64,000 nt of DNA from assembly GCA_031409275.1 (NCBI GenBank), contig JANNXA010000033.1, positions 1-64,000 of the forward strand, given 5' to 3'. The notes below the pieces were generated by a model that did no database searches, was not told the DNA's origin, and saw only the letters and a program-made list of their open reading frames with translations. Shown piece after piece: positions 38,119-47,303 of the stretch (positions within the stretch are counted from its first letter, which is position 1; every line of letters begins with the position of its first letter). The stretch is from Planctomycetota bacterium. Its GTDB lineage: Bacteria; Planctomycetota; B15-G4; SIAN01. A program made the position numbers and the translations under genes.

Positions 38119-38601
38119 ATGACCACGACTCTGGCCATTTCTCGCGACGCTGCGCCCCGCGGCCGCGCCCTCCACGCCGCCATGCTCACCGCCTTCGACT
38201 TCACCCCGGTGCTCGACACTGCCGTCCAGCACTATGGCCTCGCTCGCGCCGACGCCGCGTCCCTCTTCGATGGCCTGCTGCAGTGGCTCTCGGCCATCCC
38301 GTTCGCGCGCCCAGGTCAGCCGATCCAGATGGTCGAATCGATCGACAAGCTCTGGCACGCGTTCGTGCTCAACACGAAGCTCTACCGCCGCTTCTGCGAT
38401 CGCTTCTTCGGCCGCTACATCGACCACGACCCGCTCGACCGCCACTTCGCCGAGCTGTCGAAGAAGCAGTACGCCCGTTTCACGCTCGCCACGTTGAGCG
38501 AGGAGTTCGGCGAGTCGCTCCATCCCGCCTTCCGCGACCTGACCCAGCGCGTCGGCTGCTGTTTCGGGCAGTGTGACGACGGGGGCGATGGGATGCGGTG
38601 A
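38119..38601 (+). CDS. Glycine-rich-domain (GRDP)-like small protein
   Basis: IDKLWHAFVLNTKLYRRFC…GRYIDHDP motif; GGAG upstream of the ATG. Confidence 0.75.
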   Translation: MTTTLAISRDAAPRGRALHAAMLTAFDFTPVLDTAVQHYGLARADAASLFDGLLQWLSAIPFARPGQPIQMVESIDKLWHAFVLNTKLYRRFCDRFFGRYIDHDPLDRHFAELSKKQYARFTLATLSEEFGESLHPAFRDLTQRVGCCFGQCDDGGDGMR

Positions 38602-38608
38602 ACTCGCA

Positions 38609-39838
38609 TCACTTCCCCTCGCGGAGATCCGGCAGCCGCAGCGTCGCGGGGTCGTCGAACACGCTCCAGCGCTCGCGCGGCAGATCGGCGAAGGCTGCGG
38701 CGTAGCGCGCCGCCTCCTGCTCGGCAGCGGCCTCCTGCTCGGCGGCGCCGTCGGCGTCGGGCGCGGCCGTGCCCCGCGGAGTTCGCCGGATCCAGATCGC
38801 AGCGATCTGCGCTGGATGGGCGCGCGCCAGCTCACCGTAGACCTCGGGGTCGAGCTGGCCGTTGTCGCCGATCAGCACGAAGTGGCGCTGTGGCCAGCGT
38901 GCCAGCAGCGGCTCCAGCACGGCGAGCTTCTTCTCGCGCGAGTCGCCGACGAGGTCGGCGAAGTCGCCGTCCTGCAGGCGCAGGTGCTGCAGCTCGAGCG
39001 CACCGGGCGGGAAGTGCTGCTGCTCGAGGAACTCCTGCAGCGGCTGCGCGAGCTGCCACGGGCTGAGCGAGACGTAGTGGAACGCCGCGCCGCGCTCGAC
39101 GAGCTGTTGGCACAGCTTCGCCATGCCCGGCACGGGCTCGTACTCGTCGACGAACGTGCGTCGCAACACGCGCCGCCGATCGCCGACTTCCGTGATCTTC
39201 AGCGTGTCGTCGAGATCGCTGACGACGGAGAGTCCGCGCGGCGAGAGGAGTGCGACGCGAGTCGAAGCGTGGCCCGGCTCACCGACGTGGCCGATCGTGA
39301 CTTCGAGCCAGGCGGGTGCGCCCGCGGGGCTCGTGACCGGCAGCGGAGCAACCTTCACGGGGAGCTGCACGATCGCCTCGCCGTGGCCGTTCGCCGCGGT
39401 CGGGCCGATGCGAAACGACTGCTCCGCGACCGTCACGACCCGCTCCTCGCGCCGCTCGTGGTCGACCAGGAAGAGGCGTGCGCGCGCAAGGAATCGCTCG
39501 GCATCGGGTGTGCCGGGCGCGAGTCCAAGCTCGTGTCGCAGCGGTGCCAGCAGCGCGGCACGCATGACGCTTTCTTGCTCCAACTCGTAGATCACGAAGT
39601 GAATTGGAACCGACCAGTGGAGGCCATCGGCGTCGAGCGTTGCCGCTGTCGGGAAGAGGTGCGCGAGCTCGTCTTCGCGGTTCAGCTGTGAGAAGGCGAC
39701 ACCGGCGGCGTAGCAGTGCTGCAGCGATGCTGCTGCCAGCCACAGCGCGATCCCGAGCAGCAGGCAACGCGGGTGATCGAGCGCGATGCGCCGTAGCGCC
39801 CACGGTCTGCGGCCTGGGTTCGGTTCCTTCGATGGCAT
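38609..39838 (-). CDS. App1 family phosphatidate phosphatase (DUF2183-type)
   Basis: VSDLDDTLK, FHYVSLSPWQL, FPPG, LIGDNGQLDPEVY. Confidence 0.88.
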   Translation of the reverse strand: MPSKEPNPGRRPWALRRIALDHPRCLLLGIALWLAAASLQHCYAAGVAFSQLNREDELAHLFPTAATLDADGLHWSVPIHFVIYELEQESVMRAALLAPLRHELGLAPGTPDAERFLARARLFLVDHERREERVVTVAEQSFRIGPTAANGHGEAIVQLPVKVAPLPVTSPAGAPAWLEVTIGHVGEPGHASTRVALLSPRGLSVVSDLDDTLKITEVGDRRRVLRRTFVDEYEPVPGMAKLCQQLVERGAAFHYVSLSPWQLAQPLQEFLEQQHFPPGALELQHLRLQDGDFADLVGDSREKKLAVLEPLLARWPQRHFVLIGDNGQLDPEVYGELARAHPAQIAAIWIRRTPRGTAAPDADGAAEQEAAAEQEAARYAAAFADLPRERWSVFDDPATLRLPDLREGK

Positions 39839-40453
39839 GAGGCGCAACGACTCCGCTCGGGCGAGCCGTTCTATCGAGGGGGCAGGAGGTGCCGACGCGG
39901 CAGCGACTCCGACTGGTTCGGTCCTCCGGGCCGGCGGCGCACAGCGCACACCGGCCGCGGAGCATTTCCGCCGGGTTTCCCTCAGCGGTGGGACACGGGC
40001 CTCGGGGGCGGTGTCCAGGACTTCATCTCGGTCTTCAATCGAACTCCAATTTCGTTTGCCGCTCCGGGCGCTTGAAGCACTCCGGAGGCGTTGTCGATCT
40101 GGCCGTTCTGGCGCTCCGCCCATTGCGGTGCGCCAAGTCGTCCATGTTCTAGATCGACTCGTGGTCGACCGCCCCGGGGGCAGAGCCCATCCAGAGGCGA
40201 ATCAAACCGTTCATCGACCCTTTCACCTGCAAGATCGAAGCCATTCACGATCAACACGCCGTGAACGTTGGATGAAGATCGCCGGCCGCGGCGGTTCCGC
40301 GCGCATCGAGCGTCGCGCAAAAGAGCCCCTCGACCGGTGTGGGGCCGATCGAGGGGCCGAGGGAACGGGCGCGCGGAGCGGGAGCGGCCGTCGGGTCAAC
40401 GTCGCCATTGCCTCGCGCACCAGGCGCAGAAGCGACGTCGGCCGGTGCGAGGA

Positions 40454-41515
40454 TCAGCGCGGCAGCGAGGTCCAACGCGTGGCGTCGAAGCGGCCGACGC
40501 CGAGGTTCAACGCCACCGCCACCTGGTGGCCATCGCGAGCGCGGCGCACGACGGTTCGGCCGACCTCGGCGATCGTCTGGCCGCGCGTGATCTCGGGGAG
40601 TCGCGCGTCGGTTGCCAGCGCTTCGGCGCGCGCGGCCGCTTCGGCGGGATCGCGCGCACCGACCACGCTGACCTGCACCAGCAACGCCGGCGCTGGCCGC
40701 CACGCCTTCTCCAGCAGCGCGCGGAGCAACTCTTGCAGGAGCGCGGTGGCGCCGACGCGCAACGTCTCGAAACCGATCGAGCCCGCTTCGATGCGCGTCG
40801 ATTGCGCCAGGCCATTGGCGAGCGCCAATACGCCGTCGGCCGCGCGCGGCACCGCGAGCCCCGCGACGGTCGACAACGCCTGCTGCGCCGACTCGCGCCA
40901 CAGCGATTCGAGCGTGGCGCGATCGAGGCGCGCGTCGGTCAGCATGGTGATGCGCAACGGCGAGCGCGCGCCAGGCTGCAACGCTCCGCTCGCCAGTCCG
41001 AGCAGGCTCACGAGCTCGCCATCGACGATGCCGCGCGTCGACGCGAGCGCGGCGGGCGCGAGCGGATCGATCGCAGCAGCCAGGCGCTCGAAGCCGGCGA
41101 CCTCGCTGTTGGCGATCAACGCGGCGAGCTCGCCATCCGTCCGCGCGTCACCCTCGATCGCTGCCGCATCGTCGGCGCCGCGCAGCGACACCCACGCGAC
41201 CGGAACTTCGGAGGTTGCACCGCGGGTCGCCGTCGCGATCCACGAAGCGCCGAGCGAGCCGGCCGCGAACAGGACGCCGCGCGTTTCGGCGCCGCTGCGT
41301 GCCAGCTCCCGTTGCGTGAAGAGGTTTGCGACGTCGGCGATTCCCGGCAGCGGGGCGAGCAGCGCGGTCGTCGCGCCGCGCTGATCGTTGGCGCACCGCT
41401 CGACGGCCACGAAGCCGAGCCAGCGAGCGACGCGGTTCGCGGTCGCATGCGGCGCGACCGCGGCCGCGAAGCCCAGCGGACGATGAGCGGCGCTGCGATC
41501 GACGAGGAAGGCCAT
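40454..41515 (-). CDS. Degenerate ArgJ (ornithine acetyltransferase)-like protein
   Basis: PLGF, NLFTQ, TDARLD…LWRES, LALANG in ArgJ order; KG…ATML and DGDTSTND motifs not conserved. Confidence 0.6.
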   Translation of the reverse strand: MAFLVDRSAAHRPLGFAAAVAPHATANRVARWLGFVAVERCANDQRGATTALLAPLPGIADVANLFTQRELARSGAETRGVLFAAGSLGASWIATATRGATSEVPVAWVSLRGADDAAAIEGDARTDGELAALIANSEVAGFERLAAAIDPLAPAALASTRGIVDGELVSLLGLASGALQPGARSPLRITMLTDARLDRATLESLWRESAQQALSTVAGLAVPRAADGVLALANGLAQSTRIEAGSIGFETLRVGATALLQELLRALLEKAWRPAPALLVQVSVVGARDPAEAAARAEALATDARLPEITRGQTIAEVGRTVVRRARDGHQVAVALNLGVGRFDATRWTSLPR

Positions 41516-41597
41516 GGCGACGGACAGTAGCGCGCGCGCCGCGGCTACAGTGCCCGCCTCGCAGCGGCCCGATCGCCGCGCGACAGGAGATCGATGG

Positions 41598-42446
41598 ATG
41601 ACGCCGCCGGCCGACAAGAGCGCACAGCAGCTCGCCAACAGCTTCGTCCTCGCCGAGCGTGACCTCGCCTTCCTGGCGCGTCCGGAGCTCCGGCCGATTC
41701 GCCTCCAGCTCGAGCTCCTGAAGCCTGACCTGATCATGCGCGAGCATGGCGTCGTCTCGACGGTGGTCGTCTTCGGCAGCGCGCGCGTGCCGGCGCCCGA
41801 AGATGTGACGACGCACGTCATGAAGGCGCAGGCCGCCGCGATCGAGCATCCCGACGACGTGGGTCGCCTGCGCCAGCTGCGCGCGGCGAAGTCGCTGGTG
41901 AAGTACGCCAAGTGGTACGCCGAGGCGCAGAAGCTCGGCGCGTTGATCTCTTCGTCATGCCAGGTCGGCCAGGAGTGCAAATACGTGATCATCACCGGCG
42001 GCGGGCCGGGGATCATGGAGGCGGCCAATCGCGGCGCGGCCGATGTCGACGCCAAGTCGATCGGCCTCAACATCGTGCTCCCCTTCGAACAGCGGCCGAA
42101 CCCCTACATCCATCCCGGTCTCTGCTTCAACTTCCACTACTTCGCGATGCGCAAGATGCACTTCTTGATGCGCGCGAAGGCGCTGGCCTTCTTCCCTGGC
42201 GGATTCGGGACGCTCGACGAGATGTTCGAGGCGCTCACGCTGATCCAGACCGGCAAGATCGCGCGCATGCCCTGCGTCCTTTTCGGCCGCGAGTTCTGGG
42301 ACAAGCTGATCGACTTCGAGTTCCTCGCCGATGAAGGGCTGATCTCGCCGGACGACCTCAACCTGATCGAGTTCGTCGAGACGGCGGAAGAGGGGTGGGA
42401 GCGGATCCAGGCGTTCTACGGCAATGGCAAGCAGGCGAAGCACTGA
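41598..42446 (+). CDS. LOG family (TIGR00730-type) nucleotide phosphoribohydrolase
   Basis: FGSAR, TGGGPGIMEAANRGA, RKMHF, PGGFGTLDE. Confidence 0.93.
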   Translation: MTPPADKSAQQLANSFVLAERDLAFLARPELRPIRLQLELLKPDLIMREHGVVSTVVVFGSARVPAPEDVTTHVMKAQAAAIEHPDDVGRLRQLRAAKSLVKYAKWYAEAQKLGALISSSCQVGQECKYVIITGGGPGIMEAANRGAADVDAKSIGLNIVLPFEQRPNPYIHPGLCFNFHYFAMRKMHFLMRAKALAFFPGGFGTLDEMFEALTLIQTGKIARMPCVLFGREFWDKLIDFEFLADEGLISPDDLNLIEFVETAEEGWERIQAFYGNGKQAKH

Positions 42447-42456
42447 GGAGCATGGC

Positions 42457-43500
42457 GTGGCGACGACGAAGACGCTCGGCATCGGGATCATCGGCACCGG
42501 CTGGGTCGCTGGCGCGCACGTCGACCATTGGAAGAAGGTCGCGGGCTGCGAAGTCGTCGCGGTCTGTTCGCGCGAGGAGGAGACGGCGCGCCGCTTCATC
42601 GCCGAGAAGGCGCTGCCGCACGCGGCGGCCTATGCCGATCGCGCGCGCTTCCTGAAGCACAGCGGCCTCGACGTGGTGGTGCTGGCGACGCCGCACCCCA
42701 ACCACCCGGCCGAGACGATCGCCGCCGCGAAGGCGGGCAAGCACATCGTGATCGAGAAGCCGGCGGCGCTCGATGCCGCCAGCTTGAAGAAGATGGTGGC
42801 GGCGGTGAACGCGGCCGGAGTGAAGACGAGCGTCTGCTTCGAACTGCGCTGGATTGGCCTGTTCAAGAACATCAAGGCCTACCTGCAGCAGGGGCTGCTC
42901 GGCGATGTGTTCCACGGCGAGGTGGCCTACAACCACGGTTGCGGCCCCTGGTACAAGCAGTGGGCCTGGAACATCAAGAAGGAGATCAGCGTTTCTGCCG
43001 AGCTGACCGCCGGCTGCCACGCGATCGACGCGCTGGTCTGGTTCATGGGGCGACGCGTGACCGAAGTCGCGGCGATGAAGTGCTTCTCGCCGAAGAACCC
43101 GCTGCAGTACGAGTACGCCCCCAACTCGACGGCGCTGTTCCGCTTCGAGGATGGCGCGACCGGCTCGGTCCACACGTCGATCGAGTGCCGCAACCCCTAC
43201 CACTTCCCGATCGTGCTGCAAGGCGACCGCGGCACCATCAACTACGACAAGCTCTACACGCTCGAATGGCCCGGACAGTCGACTTGGGCCACGATCCCCG
43301 CCGACCTCCCCGACTCCGGCAAGGTCGAGCACCATCCCTACCAGGGCCAGTTCGACCACTTCGCCGACTGCATCCGTCGCGACGTGCGCCCCGACAACGA
43401 CCTGAACGCGTGCGCCCACGTGCATGAGATCTGCTTCGCCATCGAGGAAGCGGCGGCCAGTGGCAGGACCGTCAAAGTGAAGCGCACCGCGGGGACGTGA
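42457..43500 (+). CDS. Gfo/Idh/MocA family oxidoreductase
   Basis: GIIGTGWVA, ATPH, GKHIVIEKP, HAID; GAGGAG RBS before the GTG. Confidence 0.92.
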   Translation: MATTKTLGIGIIGTGWVAGAHVDHWKKVAGCEVVAVCSREEETARRFIAEKALPHAAAYADRARFLKHSGLDVVVLATPHPNHPAETIAAAKAGKHIVIEKPAALDAASLKKMVAAVNAAGVKTSVCFELRWIGLFKNIKAYLQQGLLGDVFHGEVAYNHGCGPWYKQWAWNIKKEISVSAELTAGCHAIDALVWFMGRRVTEVAAMKCFSPKNPLQYEYAPNSTALFRFEDGATGSVHTSIECRNPYHFPIVLQGDRGTINYDKLYTLEWPGQSTWATIPADLPDSGKVEHHPYQGQFDHFADCIRRDVRPDNDLNACAHVHEICFAIEEAAASGRTVKVKRTAGT

Positions 43501-43527
43501 GCGCGGCGGAGCGTCCCGTTGCGTCGC

Positions 43528-44895
43528 TCAGCGCGGCCCGCCCTCGGGGCAGCACCGCTCGAGCGCGCTCTCGCGCTGCATCTGCAGGTGGCGCAGGCGC
43601 TCGGCTGGCGAGGGCGGCGCGAAGGTGACCGGATGCGACAACGGTGGCGCCCGCTCGCGAAGCTCGCCGTAGATCGCGTCGAGCGCGGCCGCGTGGTCGG
43701 CGAAGGTGGGGGGCGGCGGCGGGCGCGCGGCGGCGAGCTGCGTTCGCAAGCGCGATTCGTCGAGGCAGCGGAGCAGGTCGCGCTCCAGCGCCGCGATGTC
43801 GCCGGCGCGATGGACGAGCGCACCGCCGCCGGCCCGCCGCGCCGGCGCACCGCTGTCGGAGAGCAGCGCCGGGATCCCGAGCTCGAAGCACTCATCGAGC
43901 ACGTAGCCGTGCGTCTCGAGGCAGGTCGAGGGGAAGACGCCGTAGTCGGGCGCGAGCGAGGCCAGCTGCGCGAAGATGAAGGGGCCGTGGAAGGAGATCG
44001 GTGCCGCGCCGGCCAGACCGCGCAACCGCGCTTCGAGCGCGTCGTCGGCGAACGCGCCCAGCAGGTGGAGCTCCGCGGCGACGCCCGGCCGCGCCGCGAG
44101 CGCGCGCGGGAACGCGGCGACCAGCTCGACGACTCCCTTGTGGGCTGCGAGGCGTCCCCAATAGGCGAAGCGGAGCGGGCGATCGAGCGCCGTCGTCGGC
44201 CGCCGCAAGCCATGCGGCGCATAGGGGAGCGGGAGCGCCGTGATCCGATCGCGCGGGAACGCGAGGCCCGCTGCGACCTGCTCGGCGACGAAGTCGGAAA
44301 TCGCCAGCACGGCGCCGGCGCGGTCGAGCTCGGCCAGGAACTGGCGACGATGGAGCTCGATGCCGATCGCGATCTCCTCCGGACGCTCATGGCCAAATCG
44401 GGGCACGCATGCGGCGCAGTTCTCCGTGGAGAGAGCGCGCGTGCACGGAGCGCCGTCGCGATCGACGCGGAAGCAGCGCGGGCACGAGGCGAGGAAGTCG
44501 TGCAGCGAGACGACGGTCGCGATGCCGCGTGCGGCGGCGCGCTCGACCAGGTCGGTCGTCAGGCGCATCCAGTGCTGCACGTGGACGACATCGGGTCGCT
44601 CGCGCTCGAGCAACTCGTCGAAGAGGCGGCCCGCTTCGGGATGCCAGAGCTTCGCGTGGTGGTCGAAGTAGAGGTCGTCGCGCACCAGACGGTGCACGCG
44701 CACGCCCTCGCGCTCCGCCGTCTCGAGGCGCGTCGTCGCGGCGCGCCGCCCGCTGCCGGCGAGGACCACCACGTCGTGGCCGCGCACGCGCTGCGCTGCG
44801 ACGAGAGCGCCGGCGTACGTCTCGACGCCGCCTGGCCCGTCGGGGGCGAAGGCGTTGACGCAGTGGAGGATCTTCAGCGCGGCGCTCGGTGCCAT
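43528..44895 (-). CDS. GT4 family glycosyltransferase
   Basis: GGVE, PDVVHVQH, LHDF…CP, GRLAAHKG, PSTCLETHGYVLDE. Confidence 0.9.
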   Translation of the reverse strand: MAPSAALKILHCVNAFAPDGPGGVETYAGALVAAQRVRGHDVVVLAGSGRRAATTRLETAEREGVRVHRLVRDDLYFDHHAKLWHPEAGRLFDELLERERPDVVHVQHWMRLTTDLVERAAARGIATVVSLHDFLASCPRCFRVDRDGAPCTRALSTENCAACVPRFGHERPEEIAIGIELHRRQFLAELDRAGAVLAISDFVAEQVAAGLAFPRDRITALPLPYAPHGLRRPTTALDRPLRFAYWGRLAAHKGVVELVAAFPRALAARPGVAAELHLLGAFADDALEARLRGLAGAAPISFHGPFIFAQLASLAPDYGVFPSTCLETHGYVLDECFELGIPALLSDSGAPARRAGGGALVHRAGDIAALERDLLRCLDESRLRTQLAAARPPPPPTFADHAAALDAIYGELRERAPPLSHPVTFAPPSPAERLRHLQMQRESALERCCPEGGPR

Positions 44896-44943
44896 GCGCG
44901 CTAGATAGCGCCCCTCCGCCCCCCGCTACCATCCGCCACCACG

Positions 44944-46059
44944 ATGGGCATCCCGACCAAGGACTATGGTCGCCAGCATCGCGCGCTGTGGAGCGAGCTC
45001 GCGGGCGAGATCGAGCGCTGCCTCTTCGGCGACGATCCGGTCCTCGGCGCGGCGGTCGAGGCGTTCGAGCGGGAGCTCGCCGACTACCACGGCGTCGCTC
45101 ATGCCGTCGGAGTGAACTGCGGCACCGACGCGATCGTGATGGCGCTGCGCGGCCTCGGCGTCCGCGACGGCGACGAGGTCGTCACCAGCGCACACACCTT
45201 CAGCGGTGTCGTCAGCGCGATCGTCCAGGCGGGCGGCGTGCCGCGCCTCGTCGAGCCCGAGCGCGAGACCATGGTGGTCGCGCGCGAGGCGCTGCAGGCG
45301 GCCTGCACGCCGCGCACGCGCGCCCTGCTGCCGGTCCACCTCTATGGCCAGCCGATCGACCTGGTCGGGTTGCGCGACTGGTGCACGGCGCGGGGCCTCG
45401 TGCTGATCGAGGATTGCGCTCAGGCGCACGGCGCGCGGCGCCGCGGCCGCAGCCTCGGGTCGTTCGGCCACGCGGCGGCGACCAGCTTCCACCCGAGCAA
45501 GAACCTCGGCGCGTTCGGCGACGGCGGGGCGGTCCTGACCGATGACGCGAACCTCGCGGCCGCGTTGCGCATCCGGCGCCATCTCGGCAAGGCCGGCAAG
45601 TACGAGATGGTGGCGATCGGTCCGAACAGCAAGCTCGACACGTTGCAGGCAGTGCTGCTGCGGGTGAAGCTGCGCCATCTCGACGAATGGGTCGAGCGGC
45701 GCGCCGCGTTGGCCGAGCGCTACCGCCGCGGCCTCGAGGGCGTCGGCGACCTGGTGCTGCCGCTGCCCGTTCGCGAGGCGGGGGCGCGCCACGCGTGGCA
45801 CCTCTACGTGGTCCGCTCGGCGCGGCGCGACGCCCTGCGCGAGTTCCTCGCGGAGCGCGGCATCAAGACGGGCATGCACTATCCGATTGCGGCGCACGAG
45901 CAGCCGGCGCTGCGCGACCGCTGCCTCGGCGGCCCGTTCCCGCTGGCGGCGGAGCTTGCCCGCACGGTCGTCTCGTTGCCGCTTTCACAGGAGCTGACCG
46001 AGGCGGAGATCGACGTCGTGATCGACGCGACTCGGCGCTTCTTCGCGACGGCCCCATGA
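44944..46059 (+). CDS. DegT/DnrJ/EryC1/StrS PLP-dependent aminotransferase
   Basis: PVHLYG, EDCAQAHG, SFHPSKNLGAFGDGG, NSKLD. Confidence 0.95.
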   Translation: MGIPTKDYGRQHRALWSELAGEIERCLFGDDPVLGAAVEAFERELADYHGVAHAVGVNCGTDAIVMALRGLGVRDGDEVVTSAHTFSGVVSAIVQAGGVPRLVEPERETMVVAREALQAACTPRTRALLPVHLYGQPIDLVGLRDWCTARGLVLIEDCAQAHGARRRGRSLGSFGHAAATSFHPSKNLGAFGDGGAVLTDDANLAAALRIRRHLGKAGKYEMVAIGPNSKLDTLQAVLLRVKLRHLDEWVERRAALAERYRRGLEGVGDLVLPLPVREAGARHAWHLYVVRSARRDALREFLAERGIKTGMHYPIAAHEQPALRDRCLGGPFPLAAELARTVVSLPLSQELTEAEIDVVIDATRRFFATAP

Positions 46060-47303
46060 GCGAGCGCGTCGTCTTCGTCGGCGGCGGCGTCTTCGCGGTG
46101 CGCTGGTTCGAGGCGCTCGCGGCCACGGCCGCTCCCGATGAGCTTGACCTGCGGTTGGTGGGACGCGACAAGTCGCGCCTCCATACGGTCGTCGCGCAGG
46201 CGCGCGCGCAGCTCGCGACGTCGCGGCCGAACTGGCGACTGGCGGCGGCGACCGATTTCGCAGCCGGCGTGCGTGGCGCGACGGTCGTCGTGCTGATGGC
46301 GCGGATCGGCGGACTCGAGGCGCGCGCCGCCGACGAAGCGCTCGCGCTGCGCCACGGGATGGCCGGCGACGAAGGGCTCGGAATCGGCGGGACCGCGAAC
46401 GGCTGGCGCACGTTGCCGGTCGTGCGCGCCTGGGCGGCGACGCTGCGGCGCGAGGCGCCCGACGCGTGGGTGGCCAACCTGATGGCGCCGCTCGGCATGA
46501 CGACGCGCGCGTTGCAGGAGGCGGGCGTCGCGGCGACCGGACTCTGCGAGCTGCCGCTGCTGACGCTGCAGGGTTGGCTCGCGAGCGTTCACGAGGAGCT
46601 CGGTGCAGCGCACGGCACCGACGACCTCGACTACGCCGGGCTCAACCATCTCGGCTTCTTCTGGCCGCGCAGCGAGCGCGGCGCCAAATGGCTCGCGGCG
46701 CTGGCGCGCGCCGGCGCCATCGACCCGCAGCTGCTCGCCACACTCGGCGGCGCACCGCTCCACTATTACGAGGCGCTGATCGAGCCGGCCGTCGGCGCGC
46801 GACGCGGCCGCTCGCGGCCGAACGGTCGCGCGCTCGCGTTGATTGAGCTGCGCGAGCGCGCGCTGGCGCGGATGCGCGCCGCACCGGGCGAGCCGGTGAC
46901 GGCGCTCGCCGAGCGGTCGACGCCATGGATCGATCGGCTGCTGGCTCCGACGGTCGCCGCGCTGCTCGCGGGTGAGCGGCTCGACGGCTTTTTCGACCTC
47001 CGCAACGGCGGCCTGCTGCCGAGCGTCTCCGCCGACGCGATCGTCGAGCTGCGGGCGACGCTCGATCGGGGCGGGGCGGCGGCCCGCGCGCCGCTCGCCA
47101 TGCCGGCGCCGATCGGCAAGTTCATCGCCGCCGCGGCAGAGTGGGAGGAGCGGAGCTATCGAGCTGCGCGGGATCGCGATCGAGCCGCGCTTCGCGAGGC
47201 GCTGCTCGCGTGGCCCGGTCCGTGGGAGCGGCGCCTCGGCGCACCGCTCGACGCGCTCGTCGACACCATCGCGACCGTCGAGCCGCCGGAGGACCCGAAG
47301 TGA
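46056..47303 (+). CDS. Family 4 glycoside hydrolase-like NAD/Mn-dependent protein (divergent)
   Basis: VGGG, RIGG…R..DE…G.EG.G.GG…RT.P, GLC, GLNH; ATGA overlap. Confidence 0.85.
   Translation: MSERVVFVGGGVFAVRWFEALAATAAPDELDLRLVGRDKSRLHTVVAQARAQLATSRPNWRLAAATDFAAGVRGATVVVLMARIGGLEARAADEALALRHGMAGDEGLGIGGTANGWRTLPVVRAWAATLRREAPDAWVANLMAPLGMTTRALQEAGVAATGLCELPLLTLQGWLASVHEELGAAHGTDDLDYAGLNHLGFFWPRSERGAKWLAALARAGAIDPQLLATLGGAPLHYYEALIEPAVGARRGRSRPNGRALALIELRERALARMRAAPGEPVTALAERSTPWIDRLLAPTVAALLAGERLDGFFDLRNGGLLPSVSADAIVELRATLDRGGAAARAPLAMPAPIGKFIAAAAEWEERSYRAARDRDRAALREALLAWPGPWERRLGAPLDALVDTIATVEPPEDPK

Noticed and set aside
38712..38743. Short tandem repeat (AAEQEA x2) in the App1 C-terminus
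   Set aside because: A simple two-copy, 18-nt in-frame duplication in a linker; not an array.
41598..43500. LOG and Gfo/Idh/MocA genes as part of the cyclitol cluster
   Set aside because: They form a separate transcription unit converging on the GT4 and look like housekeeping genes. A role for the dehydrogenase cannot be excluded but is unsupported.
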